From NCBI GenBank assembly GCA_040769165.1, contig JAXGLP010000001.1, positions 1,091,165-1,155,164 on the forward strand: 64,000 nucleotides of DNA. Reading direction: 5' to 3'. Both the position numbers and the translations under genes were made by a program. This DNA comes from Armatimonadota bacterium (lineage in GTDB: Bacteria > Armatimonadota > UBA5829 > DSUL01). Position 1 is the first letter of the stretch. The number at the start of each line of letters is the position of its first letter. Of this stretch, positions 47,754-57,728 are shown piece after piece. The notes beneath the pieces were generated by a model that was not told the DNA's origin, searched no databases, and saw only the letters and a program-made list of their open reading frames with translations.

Positions 47754-49136
47754 GTGACTGCCCTGCCGCGAGCAAGCCGCGAGGCCGCCATCTCCGAAGA
47801 CATCCTGACCGGGCGCCTCTCCAGCACGGTGTGGGCCCTGACCTGGCCCGCCGCTGTAGCCCTCTTCCTTCAGACGCTCACCAATCTGGTGGACAGATTC
47901 TTCGTGGCGCATCTTGGGGGAACGCAGGTTGCGGCGCTGGGTCTTGCGCAGAACCTCTCTAATCTTGTGCTGGGAACGGTTGTGGCGATTTCCGCCGCGA
48001 CAACCGCCATGGTGGCCCGTTTCAGGGGCGCGGGGAACGAGCATGACGCGGTGGAGGCTACCAGGCAATCGCTCTATTTCTGCGTGTTCGCGTCCCTTGC
48101 CGTGATGGCGATGGTGTACCCGGCGGCACGGCCGCTGCTGACGCTCATGGCGGGGCGATCGGAGGCGGTCGTTGACCCGGCGACAACGTATCTGCTGATC
48201 ACGATGCTCGGGCTTGTGCCGCTCTTTGGAATGACTATCATCATCGCTGCCGTTCGCGGTACTGGCGACATGATCACGCCCGTGAAACTGACGCTTGCGA
48301 GCGCCCTGCTCACGGCGGTGCTGGACTGGGTGCTGATCTTCGGGCATCTGGGCCTGCCGGCGCTCGGGTTGAGGGGAGCAGCGATAGCCGTTGTATCGGC
48401 CCGCTGCATGGCGTGTGCGCTGGGCCTCTACCTGCTGTATGGCTCCTGTCTTAAGGATGCGCTCGCTCTGGCGCCCATGAAGCTCTCGTGGCTTCGGCGG
48501 GTTGTTGCGCTCGGACTTCCGGCCGGGCTGCAGGCGCTTCTGAGGTCGGGCGCGGGCATGGTGTACTTCTCTCTTTTGGGAAGGCTTGCGCACAGTGAAC
48601 CCGCCATGGCCGCGCTGACGATTGGACTGGGTATCGAGGCGATTGCATTTATGCCGGGCTTTGCCTTCAGCGCCGCCGCGGCCGCCGTCGTCGGCCAGAA
48701 CCTCGGCGCCGGATCGCCCGCAAGAGCATCCGAGGCCGGATGGACCTGCGCCCGGCAGGCCGTGATCGTAATGACGGTGATGGCCGTGATCTTCTTCGTT
48801 CTGGCGGGGCCGATCGTCAGCCTCTTCACCCGCGATCCTCTGATACATCGCCTGACCGTGGGGTATCTGAGGATCAATGCTCTCTCCGAACCGTTCATTG
48901 GACTGAACATGACGCTGAGCGGCGCGCTTCAGGGGGCCGGGGACACCCACTCCCCGACGATTGTGACCCTGGTGACTATGTGGCTGTTCCGGCTGCCTCT
49001 GACGTATCTTATTGCTGTGCATATGGGATACGGGGTCACCGCTGCGTGGTGGACCATGTGCATCAGCATGGTAATGTCAGGAGTCGTTTCGAGCATTATC
49101 TGGGCGGCCGGCCGCTGGAGGACTATTCAGATATGA
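47754..49136 (+). CDS. MATE-family efflux transporter (start uncertain)
   Basis: LVDRFFVAHLG, RGTGD..TP, LIFG..G.PALGLRGAAIA, VVGQNLGAG, LQGAGDT; multiple TM helices. Confidence 0.93.
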   Translation: MTALPRASREAAISEDILTGRLSSTVWALTWPAAVALFLQTLTNLVDRFFVAHLGGTQVAALGLAQNLSNLVLGTVVAISAATTAMVARFRGAGNEHDAVEATRQSLYFCVFASLAVMAMVYPAARPLLTLMAGRSEAVVDPATTYLLITMLGLVPLFGMTIIIAAVRGTGDMITPVKLTLASALLTAVLDWVLIFGHLGLPALGLRGAAIAVVSARCMACALGLYLLYGSCLKDALALAPMKLSWLRRVVALGLPAGLQALLRSGAGMVYFSLLGRLAHSEPAMAALTIGLGIEAIAFMPGFAFSAAAAAVVGQNLGAGSPARASEAGWTCARQAVIVMTVMAVIFFVLAGPIVSLFTRDPLIHRLTVGYLRINALSEPFIGLNMTLSGALQGAGDTHSPTIVTLVTMWLFRLPLTYLIAVHMGYGVTAAWWTMCISMVMSGVVSSIIWAAGRWRTIQI

Positions 49137-50740
49137 GGCTTGCTGTATTGGCGCTGGCGACCTTCCTGTGCGGCCAGCCTGCAGTGATTCCAGACGAGGC
49201 GCACGTTTGTACGCCCGAGGCGCCCGCTCTTGCGGAGTATGTCATCACCGCGCCCAGCATCGAGCAGATATCAAAGAATCAGGTCGTCGCCAGCGGAGGC
49301 GTCACCGTCGCTTCGCGTGAATGGACCCTGAGGGCGGATGAGGTCCGTGGAGATATAGATACGCAGAGATGGACCGCAACGGGCAATGTGCGCTTCGAGA
49401 GACCCGGGTCGGAACTCTCCGCGGAGTCTGCTGTGTATGATGCGCGCGACGGCTCTGGCGAGCTCACTCAGGCGTCCGGGCGATATGAAGCGTTCAGGTT
49501 CCGGGGAAGCGTGCTCACCCTGAGTCCCGAACGGATAATCCGGTTCGGCGACGCCTTTGGAAGCACGTGCACCCTTGATCGGCCCCACTGGTCCATAACC
49601 GCGCGGAGCCTTGAGGTGTTCGGCGCTGAGACGGACGCGCCCGACGCGCGGGGCCTGCGGGTTGGTGGTGTCACGATCCAGAGCAAATATGCCGTGGCGA
49701 GGGATCTGCGCGTGAAGATCGGCAATACGACCATCTTCGGTCTCCCCAAGTACCGCTTCCGGCTTGACCGCCGCGCAACTTCGCTGCTGCCGACACCCGG
49801 ATTCGACAAGCGCGATGGTGTTTACCTTAAGTACCGCTACCCCGTGCGGCTTCCGTGGGCCTCGGCCAGTGCCGTCTCCGGCCGCCTCACTCAGAAGAAC
49901 GGGGTGCTGTGGGGCCTTGACCTCGAGAGGTCGCTCGATGGCGGCCCAGAGGTGGACGCAGTCCGCGAACCTCGGGCAGAGGTCACGAACGACCTGACGT
50001 CGCTTACGCTGCTAACCACTCGTCCCGATCGGCGGTCGCTGCTCCCTGACGCCGATGAGACGGAAGTGAGCGCCGCGGGAGGTCCTGAGCGCTCCTCGCA
50101 TCTGTTCCTTCGTCTGGCGCACAAGCAACGCGTGTTCGACCCCGATATCGAATATCTGCATGTTGACAGGCTCCCCGAGTTTGGCGTGCGATTGTCGGGC
50201 CTGCAGATTGGCCGGCTCGGCACTCCTGGGAATCCCTTCGTCATAGATACACAGGCCAGTATGGGGCGCTTCCGCGAGCGTCCGGACAAGGTATGGCATT
50301 CGCGTTTCGATGCCCGGGCGGTCGCGCGGCTGAACACGAACATCGGAACGCAGTGGCTGTTCGAGCCGGCCCTGTTCGCGCGCTTCTCCGCCTACTCGGG
50401 CGGAGACACTCAGCAGATTCTCGCCGGCAGCCTGGCCTTCGGACGGGAGATATCGAAGAACTACTTCGCGTCCCTCACATATGTGCGGCACATATCGAGC
50501 GGGCATTCACCCTTCGAGTTCGATGATCTCGACGTAAGGACGAAGCTCGCGACGCGGCTGGAAGCCGATATGGGCAAGACGCGTGGGTCGCTTACGCTGG
50601 ACTTCGACCTGGAGCGCGGCGGGGTGTATGACTGGACGCTGAGCGTGGCTCACGTGTTTCACTGCATCGAGCCGCGCATCAACTACCAGAATCGCTACCG
50701 CGACTTCAGCGTCGGGTTCGCGTTCGTGGTTCCCCGGTAG
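49133..50740 (+). CDS. LptD/OstA-like outer-membrane protein
   Basis: Signal peptide, OstA-like jellyroll (ASGGV...LRAD...ATGNV), STC...PHWSITA, P.PGF...DG.Y, SPFEFD, beta-strand-rich C-terminus. ATGA overlap with MATE. Confidence 0.75.
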   Translation: MRLAVLALATFLCGQPAVIPDEAHVCTPEAPALAEYVITAPSIEQISKNQVVASGGVTVASREWTLRADEVRGDIDTQRWTATGNVRFERPGSELSAESAVYDARDGSGELTQASGRYEAFRFRGSVLTLSPERIIRFGDAFGSTCTLDRPHWSITARSLEVFGAETDAPDARGLRVGGVTIQSKYAVARDLRVKIGNTTIFGLPKYRFRLDRRATSLLPTPGFDKRDGVYLKYRYPVRLPWASASAVSGRLTQKNGVLWGLDLERSLDGGPEVDAVREPRAEVTNDLTSLTLLTTRPDRRSLLPDADETEVSAAGGPERSSHLFLRLAHKQRVFDPDIEYLHVDRLPEFGVRLSGLQIGRLGTPGNPFVIDTQASMGRFRERPDKVWHSRFDARAVARLNTNIGTQWLFEPALFARFSAYSGGDTQQILAGSLAFGREISKNYFASLTYVRHISSGHSPFEFDDLDVRTKLATRLEADMGKTRGSLTLDFDLERGGVYDWTLSVAHVFHCIEPRINYQNRYRDFSVGFAFVVPR

Positions 50741-50749
50741 GCCGCAGCC

Positions 50750-53605
50750 TCAGAACAGGCCGGTTTCTCCCTCAACGTGAAAAACCGGGGCCGACAGGTC
50801 GTGAATCATGTTCCACAGCAGGACGCTGGCCGCGGGTACTCTTCCCGCTTCGCGTCCGGCGGGGAACGTGCACAGGATGACGCGCGAGTTCTCCGAGCCC
50901 GCGCGCATCACCACTGCCGTGGGGCTGCCCGCCCATCCCACGAACAGCCCGCTCTGAACATCATCCCAGTCAATCGAGTCCCCCACCCCTTCGATGACGC
51001 AGGAGGGGATCATCTGCTCAAATGCCCAGTCGAGCATGCGGGAGCGTGAGGGTATTCCCAGGAACATGGAGCGTTCCGCGAGCCATGTGAAGGACGTTGC
51101 CCAGTCGCCCCAACGCCCCTTGTCTTTCCTGCTCTTGATCGAGAGCTTCGGGCCGACAGGGCCGGCGCAGGAGTCGTCCTCGGCGAGGAGCAATACCCGC
51201 CCGCCTTCAGCCGACCAGCTAGCGATCCGGGGCGTCCACTTTCCCGTGACTGCGATGTCAGCGGTGCTGAGAATTTCTGAAACGCTGGCGCCGCGCTCCT
51301 TCAGCCACGCTCCCAGGGCATCGCGTGACACTAGCGAGTCGTCGAGATAGAAACTCTGGGCGCTCTGTCCCCCGTCCGCCGCCGGGAAAAGATACACATC
51401 CTCGTAGTTGCTCGCAAGCTCTTTGCCTTCGCTGAACCAGCGTATCAGAAGCCGGCTCGACCGGCTGGTATTCACTTCCGGCACTGTGAACGCGATGGCG
51501 CCGGAGTCAAAAGCGTCCGGTGAGGCAACGCTGCCGTCGAGGCTTACGGACCCTCTCACTTCGGGGAAGCCGTCCAGCTGCCACTCGATTGTGCTGCCGC
51601 CTTCGACCTGGTCCCCGAAGTTGGACACCCACAATCGCCCGCTGAGATACTCGCCGCTGCGCCCCGAATGTCTCTCGAGGCGTGTGAATACGCATCTGTC
51701 CTTCTGAACCAGCGCCGCGGCCCGGCCGCTCGCCTTGACGTTTCTGCAGAAGTCGAGCAGCCCGTTCGCTTCCCACTGGACGTCCGTCAGTTCCGTCCAG
51801 CAGTAGCCGGCGATCTGGGGATACTTGCGCATTTCCTCGATCTGCCACTTGAATGCCAGCAGCTGCGACTGCTGCGTCGCCCGGGCGAAGCGGCCGAAGT
51901 CTCCGAATACGAGGTCAAGCCCGAGATCACTGAAGCGCTTCTCAACGCCGTCGGGCTGCAGATGGCCGCTGCGCGACCCGAACCACCACGGCAGTTCGCC
52001 TTCGTAGCATTCGCGCAGAAGCGGCACGCTCGGAAGGCCCCAGTTGCCGAACTCAGACACCATCAGGGGTTCTTCGCCCGTTCTCAGAGCGTCGCCGTAG
52101 CCCGAGAAACTCCACGCCGGACGGCTGGCAAAATCCTTCACCCACTCGGCCCATTCCTGCGCGTGATCGGGGATGTTCTTGTAGCAGTGGAAGTCGTCAA
52201 TGTCGGTCTTGATGTGGAAATTGCCGTGGCACGCGCTGTTGTCCACGATCAGCCGCCCGGGCGCGATGTTCCGGGCATAGTCGTAGAACGATACGAGCCA
52301 CTTCCTCTGGTCAACGTTCTTCAGGTCTATACCCCAGCTCTCGTTGAAGAGGCTGATGATAACCAGGCTGGGGTGGTTGTAATCGCGGGTGACGGTATCG
52401 CGCAGGGTGTCGGCCATCCTCGCGCGCGACTTTGGCGTTAGCTTTGCCGGGTTCGGCAGATCGTACCAGACAAGCAGTCCCATTTCGTCGGCAAGGTGCA
52501 GATATACAGGGTCGGGTATCTTGATGTGACAGCGGAGCAGGTTGATGCCCAGCCGCTTCGCCTTGTCGAACTGATCCCGCAGGTACTCCTCCGACGGAAC
52601 CGTGTAGTGAGTGTGCGGGTAGAAGTCCTGGTCCAGCACCCCGGCCAGGAATACGGGCTTGCCGTTGAGCAGTATCTTTCCGTCGCGGGTCTCGATGGAA
52701 CGCATGCCGAACCGCTCGGCGTGATCGTCCACCACCGATCCGCCTTCAGTCACGAGCGAAGTGTTGATTGTGTAGAGCTTCGGGTTGTCCGGGGTCCACA
52801 ACTCCGGGGTCCGGATCGGCACGGTGAACGTGTACTGGAGTGCCGACGACAGCGCGACCTTCACCTCGGCTACTGGAGCGCCCCCGGGGGCGTACACCGA
52901 CGCATACAGCGTCCCGGAGGCGCCCGGCGGCACCTGCGAGAGAGACACATCCACAACGGCCGTGTTGCGGCTCAGATCGGGGGTTACTCTGAGCGACTTG
53001 ACATGCGTTGCGGCGCGCTGCTCCAGATACACCGGCTGCCACGGCCCGCTGACGTTGCCGTACCACGACTGTTTACCGTGCGGTATCTCGTCGAACGGGT
53101 AGCCTTCGGCGGAACCGTTTGGTCCCGAATCAGTCACGTTCAGCGCTATCACCGCCGTTTCGCCGGGCGTGACGTAGTCGTGCAAATCAAAGGCAAACGG
53201 AGTGTATCCGCCTTCGTGCAGCCCGACGTAGCGGTCGTTCACCACGACCCGCGCCGCGTAGTCCACCGCGCCAAACACAATCCACGTGTGCTGCCTCCAA
53301 TCCGCGGGAATCCTCACCGTCTTCTTGTAGACCGCCGAACCCGTGTAGTCGCGAAGGTCCGGGAAGCTCACCTGCCAGCTCGCCGGAATCCGCGCGGTCC
53401 TCCAGGCAACCTCTCCCTCTTTCTGAAACTGCCACTGCCCGTTCAGCGGCAGTCTGGGCCTGGGGCTGATGCTGATAACGCGGCTTGACTCGCGCACGCC
53501 GGCCAGCGGCAGCGTCCCCGGCGCCCGCGGCGCGGCAGATGCTCCGTAAGAGCAAGCTGCGGTCAGAATCAGTGTCATAACGGAGCGAGAGAGTCTCTTG
53601 GTCAT
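50750..53605 (-). CDS. Secreted glycoside hydrolase, family 2
   Basis: Signal peptide, LNGQWQF, FGAVDY, HEGGYTPF, FGMRSI, LDQDFYP, LRCHIK, NESWG (acid/base), SEFG (nucleophile). Confidence 0.92.
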   Translation of the reverse strand: MTKRLSRSVMTLILTAACSYGASAAPRAPGTLPLAGVRESSRVISISPRPRLPLNGQWQFQKEGEVAWRTARIPASWQVSFPDLRDYTGSAVYKKTVRIPADWRQHTWIVFGAVDYAARVVVNDRYVGLHEGGYTPFAFDLHDYVTPGETAVIALNVTDSGPNGSAEGYPFDEIPHGKQSWYGNVSGPWQPVYLEQRAATHVKSLRVTPDLSRNTAVVDVSLSQVPPGASGTLYASVYAPGGAPVAEVKVALSSALQYTFTVPIRTPELWTPDNPKLYTINTSLVTEGGSVVDDHAERFGMRSIETRDGKILLNGKPVFLAGVLDQDFYPHTHYTVPSEEYLRDQFDKAKRLGINLLRCHIKIPDPVYLHLADEMGLLVWYDLPNPAKLTPKSRARMADTLRDTVTRDYNHPSLVIISLFNESWGIDLKNVDQRKWLVSFYDYARNIAPGRLIVDNSACHGNFHIKTDIDDFHCYKNIPDHAQEWAEWVKDFASRPAWSFSGYGDALRTGEEPLMVSEFGNWGLPSVPLLRECYEGELPWWFGSRSGHLQPDGVEKRFSDLGLDLVFGDFGRFARATQQSQLLAFKWQIEEMRKYPQIAGYCWTELTDVQWEANGLLDFCRNVKASGRAAALVQKDRCVFTRLERHSGRSGEYLSGRLWVSNFGDQVEGGSTIEWQLDGFPEVRGSVSLDGSVASPDAFDSGAIAFTVPEVNTSRSSRLLIRWFSEGKELASNYEDVYLFPAADGGQSAQSFYLDDSLVSRDALGAWLKERGASVSEILSTADIAVTGKWTPRIASWSAEGGRVLLLAEDDSCAGPVGPKLSIKSRKDKGRWGDWATSFTWLAERSMFLGIPSRSRMLDWAFEQMIPSCVIEGVGDSIDWDDVQSGLFVGWAGSPTAVVMRAGSENSRVILCTFPAGREAGRVPAASVLLWNMIHDLSAPVFHVEGETGLF

Positions 53606-53606
53606 A

Positions 53607-54866
53607 TCAACTGGTTGGCAGATGCAGTAAGGACGCGGCAAGAAGCGCGCCGGTGAGCAGTATGATCATAACCACCGTAGCCCAGCACACGATGTTGTAC
53701 ACCGGTGAGTTGGTGTGGTCGCCCATAATCTCGCGGTTGTTGACGAGCTTGAGCATAAAGATCAGAACCACAGGCAGCAGAATCCCGTTCACGTCCTGAG
53801 ACAGAATCATGGCTGTGATGAGATGCAGGTCGGGCAGGAGCACCACCGCCGCGCCAATCACAAGCGTGAACGTGAATATGCCGTAAAACAGCGGCGCTTC
53901 GCGCCAGCTTCTTGACAGGCCCATCTCCCACCCGAACGACTCGCAGTAGGTGTAAGCAGTGGTGAGCGGCAGCACTGCGGACGCGAGCAGAGACGCGTTG
54001 AACAGGCCGATGGCGAAAAGCAGTTTGGCGTTTGGTCCGGCAAAGGGCTCGAGCGCTTTGGCGGCGTGTTCGGCGGATTCAATGCGTATTCCGTGGGAAT
54101 AGAGCGTGGCGGCTGTGGCGACAATGATGAAGAACGCAACGAAATCGGTCAGGAACGCGCCGAAGAAGACATCGGCCTTCTGATAGCGGTATTGTCTGAT
54201 CTTGATGCCCTTATCCACCACCGTGGACTGCAGGAAGAACTGCATCCAGGGAGTCACGGTGGTACCGATGGTCGCAATAACGAGCAGGATGTACTCGGGC
54301 GTCTTGTGGAACACGGGGGTCACCGCGGCGCGCGCGACCTCGCCCCAGTCCGGGCCCGCCATGAAGCCGGCGATGATGTATGTCACGAATATGAGCGTCG
54401 CGGCCAGGAACACCCGCTCAACGGCGCGGAAATTGAAGCGGGTTACCAGAAGCCACACGATCAGCCCGGAGACGGTCACCGAAATAGCCTTGTGCACTCC
54501 GAACATCTGCAGGCTCGCGGCGATCCCTGCGAACTCCGCCACCGTGGTTGCGACGTTCGCGACAAGCATGACGACAAGCGCAAACAGAGTCCAGCGTACG
54601 CCGAACTCCTCGCGTATAAGCTCGCCGAGACCCTTCTGAGTGACGGCCCCCATCCGCGCGCACATCTCCTGGACCATGGCCAGAACAACCGTGATGGGAA
54701 TCAGCAGCCACACGAGCGCGTAGCCGAAGTGCGCCCCGCAAATGCTGTACGTCGTGATGCCGCCCGCGTCGTTGTCGGCCGCCGATGTGATGATGCCGGG
54801 TCCCATTACAGCCAGATACGCGAAGAGCGTCTTGCGGAACGGAGCTTTTCTGGCTGTCGTGCTCAC
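53607..54866 (-). CDS. Nramp-family divalent metal transporter, NrmT (Mg2+)-like
   Basis: MGPGIIT..ADNDAGG (not MntH DPGN) and GTTVTPW in TM6. GTG 54866 overlaps the upstream stop. Confidence 0.88.
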   Translation of the reverse strand: MSTTARKAPFRKTLFAYLAVMGPGIITSAADNDAGGITTYSICGAHFGYALVWLLIPITVVLAMVQEMCARMGAVTQKGLGELIREEFGVRWTLFALVVMLVANVATTVAEFAGIAASLQMFGVHKAISVTVSGLIVWLLVTRFNFRAVERVFLAATLIFVTYIIAGFMAGPDWGEVARAAVTPVFHKTPEYILLVIATIGTTVTPWMQFFLQSTVVDKGIKIRQYRYQKADVFFGAFLTDFVAFFIIVATAATLYSHGIRIESAEHAAKALEPFAGPNAKLLFAIGLFNASLLASAVLPLTTAYTYCESFGWEMGLSRSWREAPLFYGIFTFTLVIGAAVVLLPDLHLITAMILSQDVNGILLPVVLIFMLKLVNNREIMGDHTNSPVYNIVCWATVVMIILLTGALLAASLLHLPTS

Positions 54867-56110
54867 TTGTGCTCGCCGCGCAGACCCCGCCTCCATTCAG
54901 CAGGCAGAATCTGCTCGAGAGCATCGTCCACGGTCACAATGCCGAGAAGCCGCTGCTCGGCATCAACCACCGGCAGAGCAAGCAGGTTGTAGCGTCCGAT
55001 GAGCCTGGTGATCTCCTCGATCTCGGCGTCCTCTCGGACCTGTATAACCTCGGTGATGACGAAATCGGAGACCGGGCTGTCTGGCTGCGCCACAATCAGG
55101 TCTCTCAGCGACAGCACGCCGGTGAGCCGCTCGTCCTCGTCAACGACATAGATGTAGTAAATGGTCTCAGCTTCGGGGGAGATCTCACGAAGATGATTGA
55201 TCACCTGCTGGGCGGTCATGTCCGCGCCAATGGCGATGAACTCGTTAGTCATAAGTCCGCCGGCGGTCCAGTCCTCGTAGGCCAGCAGCTCCTTGACCTC
55301 TTCGGCGTCATCCTGATCCATCTTGCTGAGGAGTTCTTCGCTGAGCTCGGCCGGGAGATCTCCCAGCAGGTCCGCCGCCTCGTCCGGTTCCATCTCCTCG
55401 AGGATGTCCGTCGCGACTTCGTCCTCCAGGTTGGTCAGCACCTGCACCTGCACGTCGAGGTCGGCTTCCTGAAGAGCATCGGCAGCCGTTTCGGGATCCA
55501 GGCTCTCGACGACTTCCTTGCGCTCGGCGGGGTCGAGTTCGTTGATGATGTTGCCGATGTCCGCGGGATGGAGCTTGGCGAGCCTCTCTATTGGGACCTT
55601 GAGGCGAATCCTGCCGCCCGCGCGTTCGTACGGCTCCACGTCGTCCCACGAGATCAGTCCAGACGATCGCCTGATCCGCAACAGCTTCAGGATTCGGGAC
55701 GCCAGGCCGTCGGCGCCTATCCTGCGCATCAGGCCCCGCCAGCCGACATCCACCCCGACGACCCGCACGCCCCGCGTGGAGTTCGCGAGCCTGATATCGT
55801 TCACGCGAACGACGCGGTAGTCGTGCACATCGACAAGCTGCTTGTCGAGAATGTCCTTGCGAAGAAGGAGATCCTCTTCCCCGATCTCATACCGCCCCGC
55901 GTCTTTATGTGCGACCTTCAGAACAAGATTGGGGCCGAAGGCGGCAACGTCACAGGCGGGAATCGTGATCTGTCCGTGTCTGGTGTTCAGCACAACTGCC
56001 GACACGAGAGGCATCTTGTCACCGGGCGAAACAACAAGGTCGCGAACGCTGCCAAAGCGCTCGCTCTTGGAGTCAAAAGCCGTTTTGCCGAGTATCTCTG
56101 AGACGAACAT
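54863..56110 (-). CDS. Soluble MgtE N-terminal + CBS-pair protein with PRC-barrel-like N-terminus; no TM domain
   Basis: LHPADI, MEPDEAADLL, YEDWTAGGLMT, YIYVVD...L.GVLSLRDL, LGIVTVDD; ends without the MgtE membrane domain. Confidence 0.88.
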   Translation of the reverse strand: MFVSEILGKTAFDSKSERFGSVRDLVVSPGDKMPLVSAVVLNTRHGQITIPACDVAAFGPNLVLKVAHKDAGRYEIGEEDLLLRKDILDKQLVDVHDYRVVRVNDIRLANSTRGVRVVGVDVGWRGLMRRIGADGLASRILKLLRIRRSSGLISWDDVEPYERAGGRIRLKVPIERLAKLHPADIGNIINELDPAERKEVVESLDPETAADALQEADLDVQVQVLTNLEDEVATDILEEMEPDEAADLLGDLPAELSEELLSKMDQDDAEEVKELLAYEDWTAGGLMTNEFIAIGADMTAQQVINHLREISPEAETIYYIYVVDEDERLTGVLSLRDLIVAQPDSPVSDFVITEVIQVREDAEIEEITRLIGRYNLLALPVVDAEQRLLGIVTVDDALEQILPAEWRRGLRGEHK

Positions 56111-56131
56111 TCCTGCCAGCCTGTCCGGCCC

Positions 56132-56824
56132 TCAGGAGCCCTGTTGTTCGGTCCGGATTCGCAGAGCCTCCGCGATGACCTGCGCCGCCTGATCGTTCGT
56201 AAACTCGTCCATCCGGATGACCACGTCGTAGAAAACCGGATCGCTCCAATCGCGCCCCCAGATACGGCGGCTGAAGTCAGCCCGGGCGCTATCGGAGGCG
56301 TCCATGGCGCGCATGGCCTCGTTCCGGTTCTGGCTCTCGAACTGGATCATGTTGTCGATGCGCAGTTCGCGGCTGGCCACAATCCGGACGTTCAGGGCGT
56401 GGGGCAGAATAAAGTTCGCGCCGCAGCCGAGGATGATCGCGTTGCCAAGACGGGCAATCTGCAGTATGGTGCGCGTAAGGTGGCGCTTATACTGAAACCC
56501 GCCGATGCGGGGTTCGCCCACAAGGTGACGCACCAGGACGTCAATCTCGGATACGGTTCGTTCGTCGAAGCTCTTGACCAGGCGCTCGGCGACGCTCGCG
56601 TCTTTTGCCATCTGCTCGACGAGTTCGGCGTCCCAGATGCTGAATTCCAGCCTGTCCGCCAGCTTCTCGGCCACCCGCCTGCCGCCGCTTCCAAGCTGGC
56701 GCGAGATTGTCACGACAGGCCAGCGCTCTTCGGGCACAGGCCCGGTCTCTTCATCGCTGACAACGTGTGACAACTCTGATCGCCGAATCTGGGCATCCAC
56801 GAGGTCGGTTATGCGCTCGGACAT
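56132..56824 (-). CDS. Cytidylate kinase-like family protein
   Basis: VVTISRQLGSGG..VA..LA, IILG.GANFIL, DP..YD. Confidence 0.85.
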   Translation of the reverse strand: MSERITDLVDAQIRRSELSHVVSDEETGPVPEERWPVVTISRQLGSGGRRVAEKLADRLEFSIWDAELVEQMAKDASVAERLVKSFDERTVSEIDVLVRHLVGEPRIGGFQYKRHLTRTILQIARLGNAIILGCGANFILPHALNVRIVASRELRIDNMIQFESQNRNEAMRAMDASDSARADFSRRIWGRDWSDPVFYDVVIRMDEFTNDQAAQVIAEALRIRTEQQGS

Positions 56825-56828
56825 TGCT

Positions 56829-57557
56829 CTATCTCCTTGTCCAGCATGCGTCCAGCAGCGCCGGGTCCTGGCCCGAGGCGAACCGGGGGGTCATCAGGGC
56901 GACAGCGCGTTCACAGCGCGCCAGCGCGCCGCGCATTGCCGTCAAGCCCTCGTAATACTTTTTGTATGCGAATGCGGACACTTCTCCGCGAAACAGCCCC
57001 TGCTCCATCATCGCGTTGTGCCAGCGGCTGTAGCCGGAGCTGACATCAACAAGGATGTCGCTCCTGAAGCCCGTCATATCCTCCCAGTTCTCCGCATAGA
57101 ACATCTGGCGAATACTGTGAGCGGGATGCTCTCGCTCGACTGTGGCATCCGCGGCGTATGTGGCGGCCTCGACAGTCAGAAGGTGAGTCTTGTAATGGTC
57201 GGGATGGAAGCTGCCTCGCCAGTGCGTGAACACGATGTCGGGCTTCAGCTCACGGAACAGATCCGCAAGCTCCCATTTAACGGCCTCGGTGAGCGGAAGC
57301 TCCGCGTCCTTGTAGGGCATGAAGATGACATCCGCGCCGAGTGCCGCCGCCGAGCGCCGCGCTTCGTCGAGCTTGATCCGCTCGTACTGCGCATAGGGCA
57401 TGGTCGGATGTCCCTTTTCGCCGGGTGTGGCGTGGATGATGGTTGCGCGGTGGCCGGCGGAAGTGTAGGTGGCGAGAATGGCCCCCGCCATGACTTCAGC
57501 GTCGTGTATGTGCGCGCCCACCGCGACGAAGTGGAACTGCTCCGATTTCTGAGTCAT
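56829..57557 (-). CDS. PIG-L/LmbE-family deacetylase
   Basis: VGAHIHDAE, TPGEKG, PDIVFTHW..S.HPDH. Confidence 0.9.
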   Translation of the reverse strand: MTQKSEQFHFVAVGAHIHDAEVMAGAILATYTSAGHRATIIHATPGEKGHPTMPYAQYERIKLDEARRSAAALGADVIFMPYKDAELPLTEAVKWELADLFRELKPDIVFTHWRGSFHPDHYKTHLLTVEAATYAADATVEREHPAHSIRQMFYAENWEDMTGFRSDILVDVSSGYSRWHNAMMEQGLFRGEVSAFAYKKYYEGLTAMRGALARCERAVALMTPRFASGQDPALLDACWTRR

Positions 57558-57604
57558 GGATGTTTACCCTGGAGGCCTCCTTCGGCAGGAAGTACTGACA
57601 GGGC

Positions 57605-57633
57605 CTTATACCACGCCACCCCTCGCCTGTCAA
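57605..57633 (-). promoter_or_regulatory. Probable promoter for the minus-strand deacetylase-to-GH2 gene run
   Basis: Minus strand TTGACA (57633-57628), 17-nt spacer ending in TGG, TATAAG (57610-57605). Confidence 0.5.
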
Positions 57634-57728
57634 TCCTTTTCGGAGCGTGACGGCTTGCCAGAAAGCGGCCCGTTGTCGTAGCATGAAGGTGGGTGTATCG
57701 AACACCCTATGAGGAGGATACCAGACCC

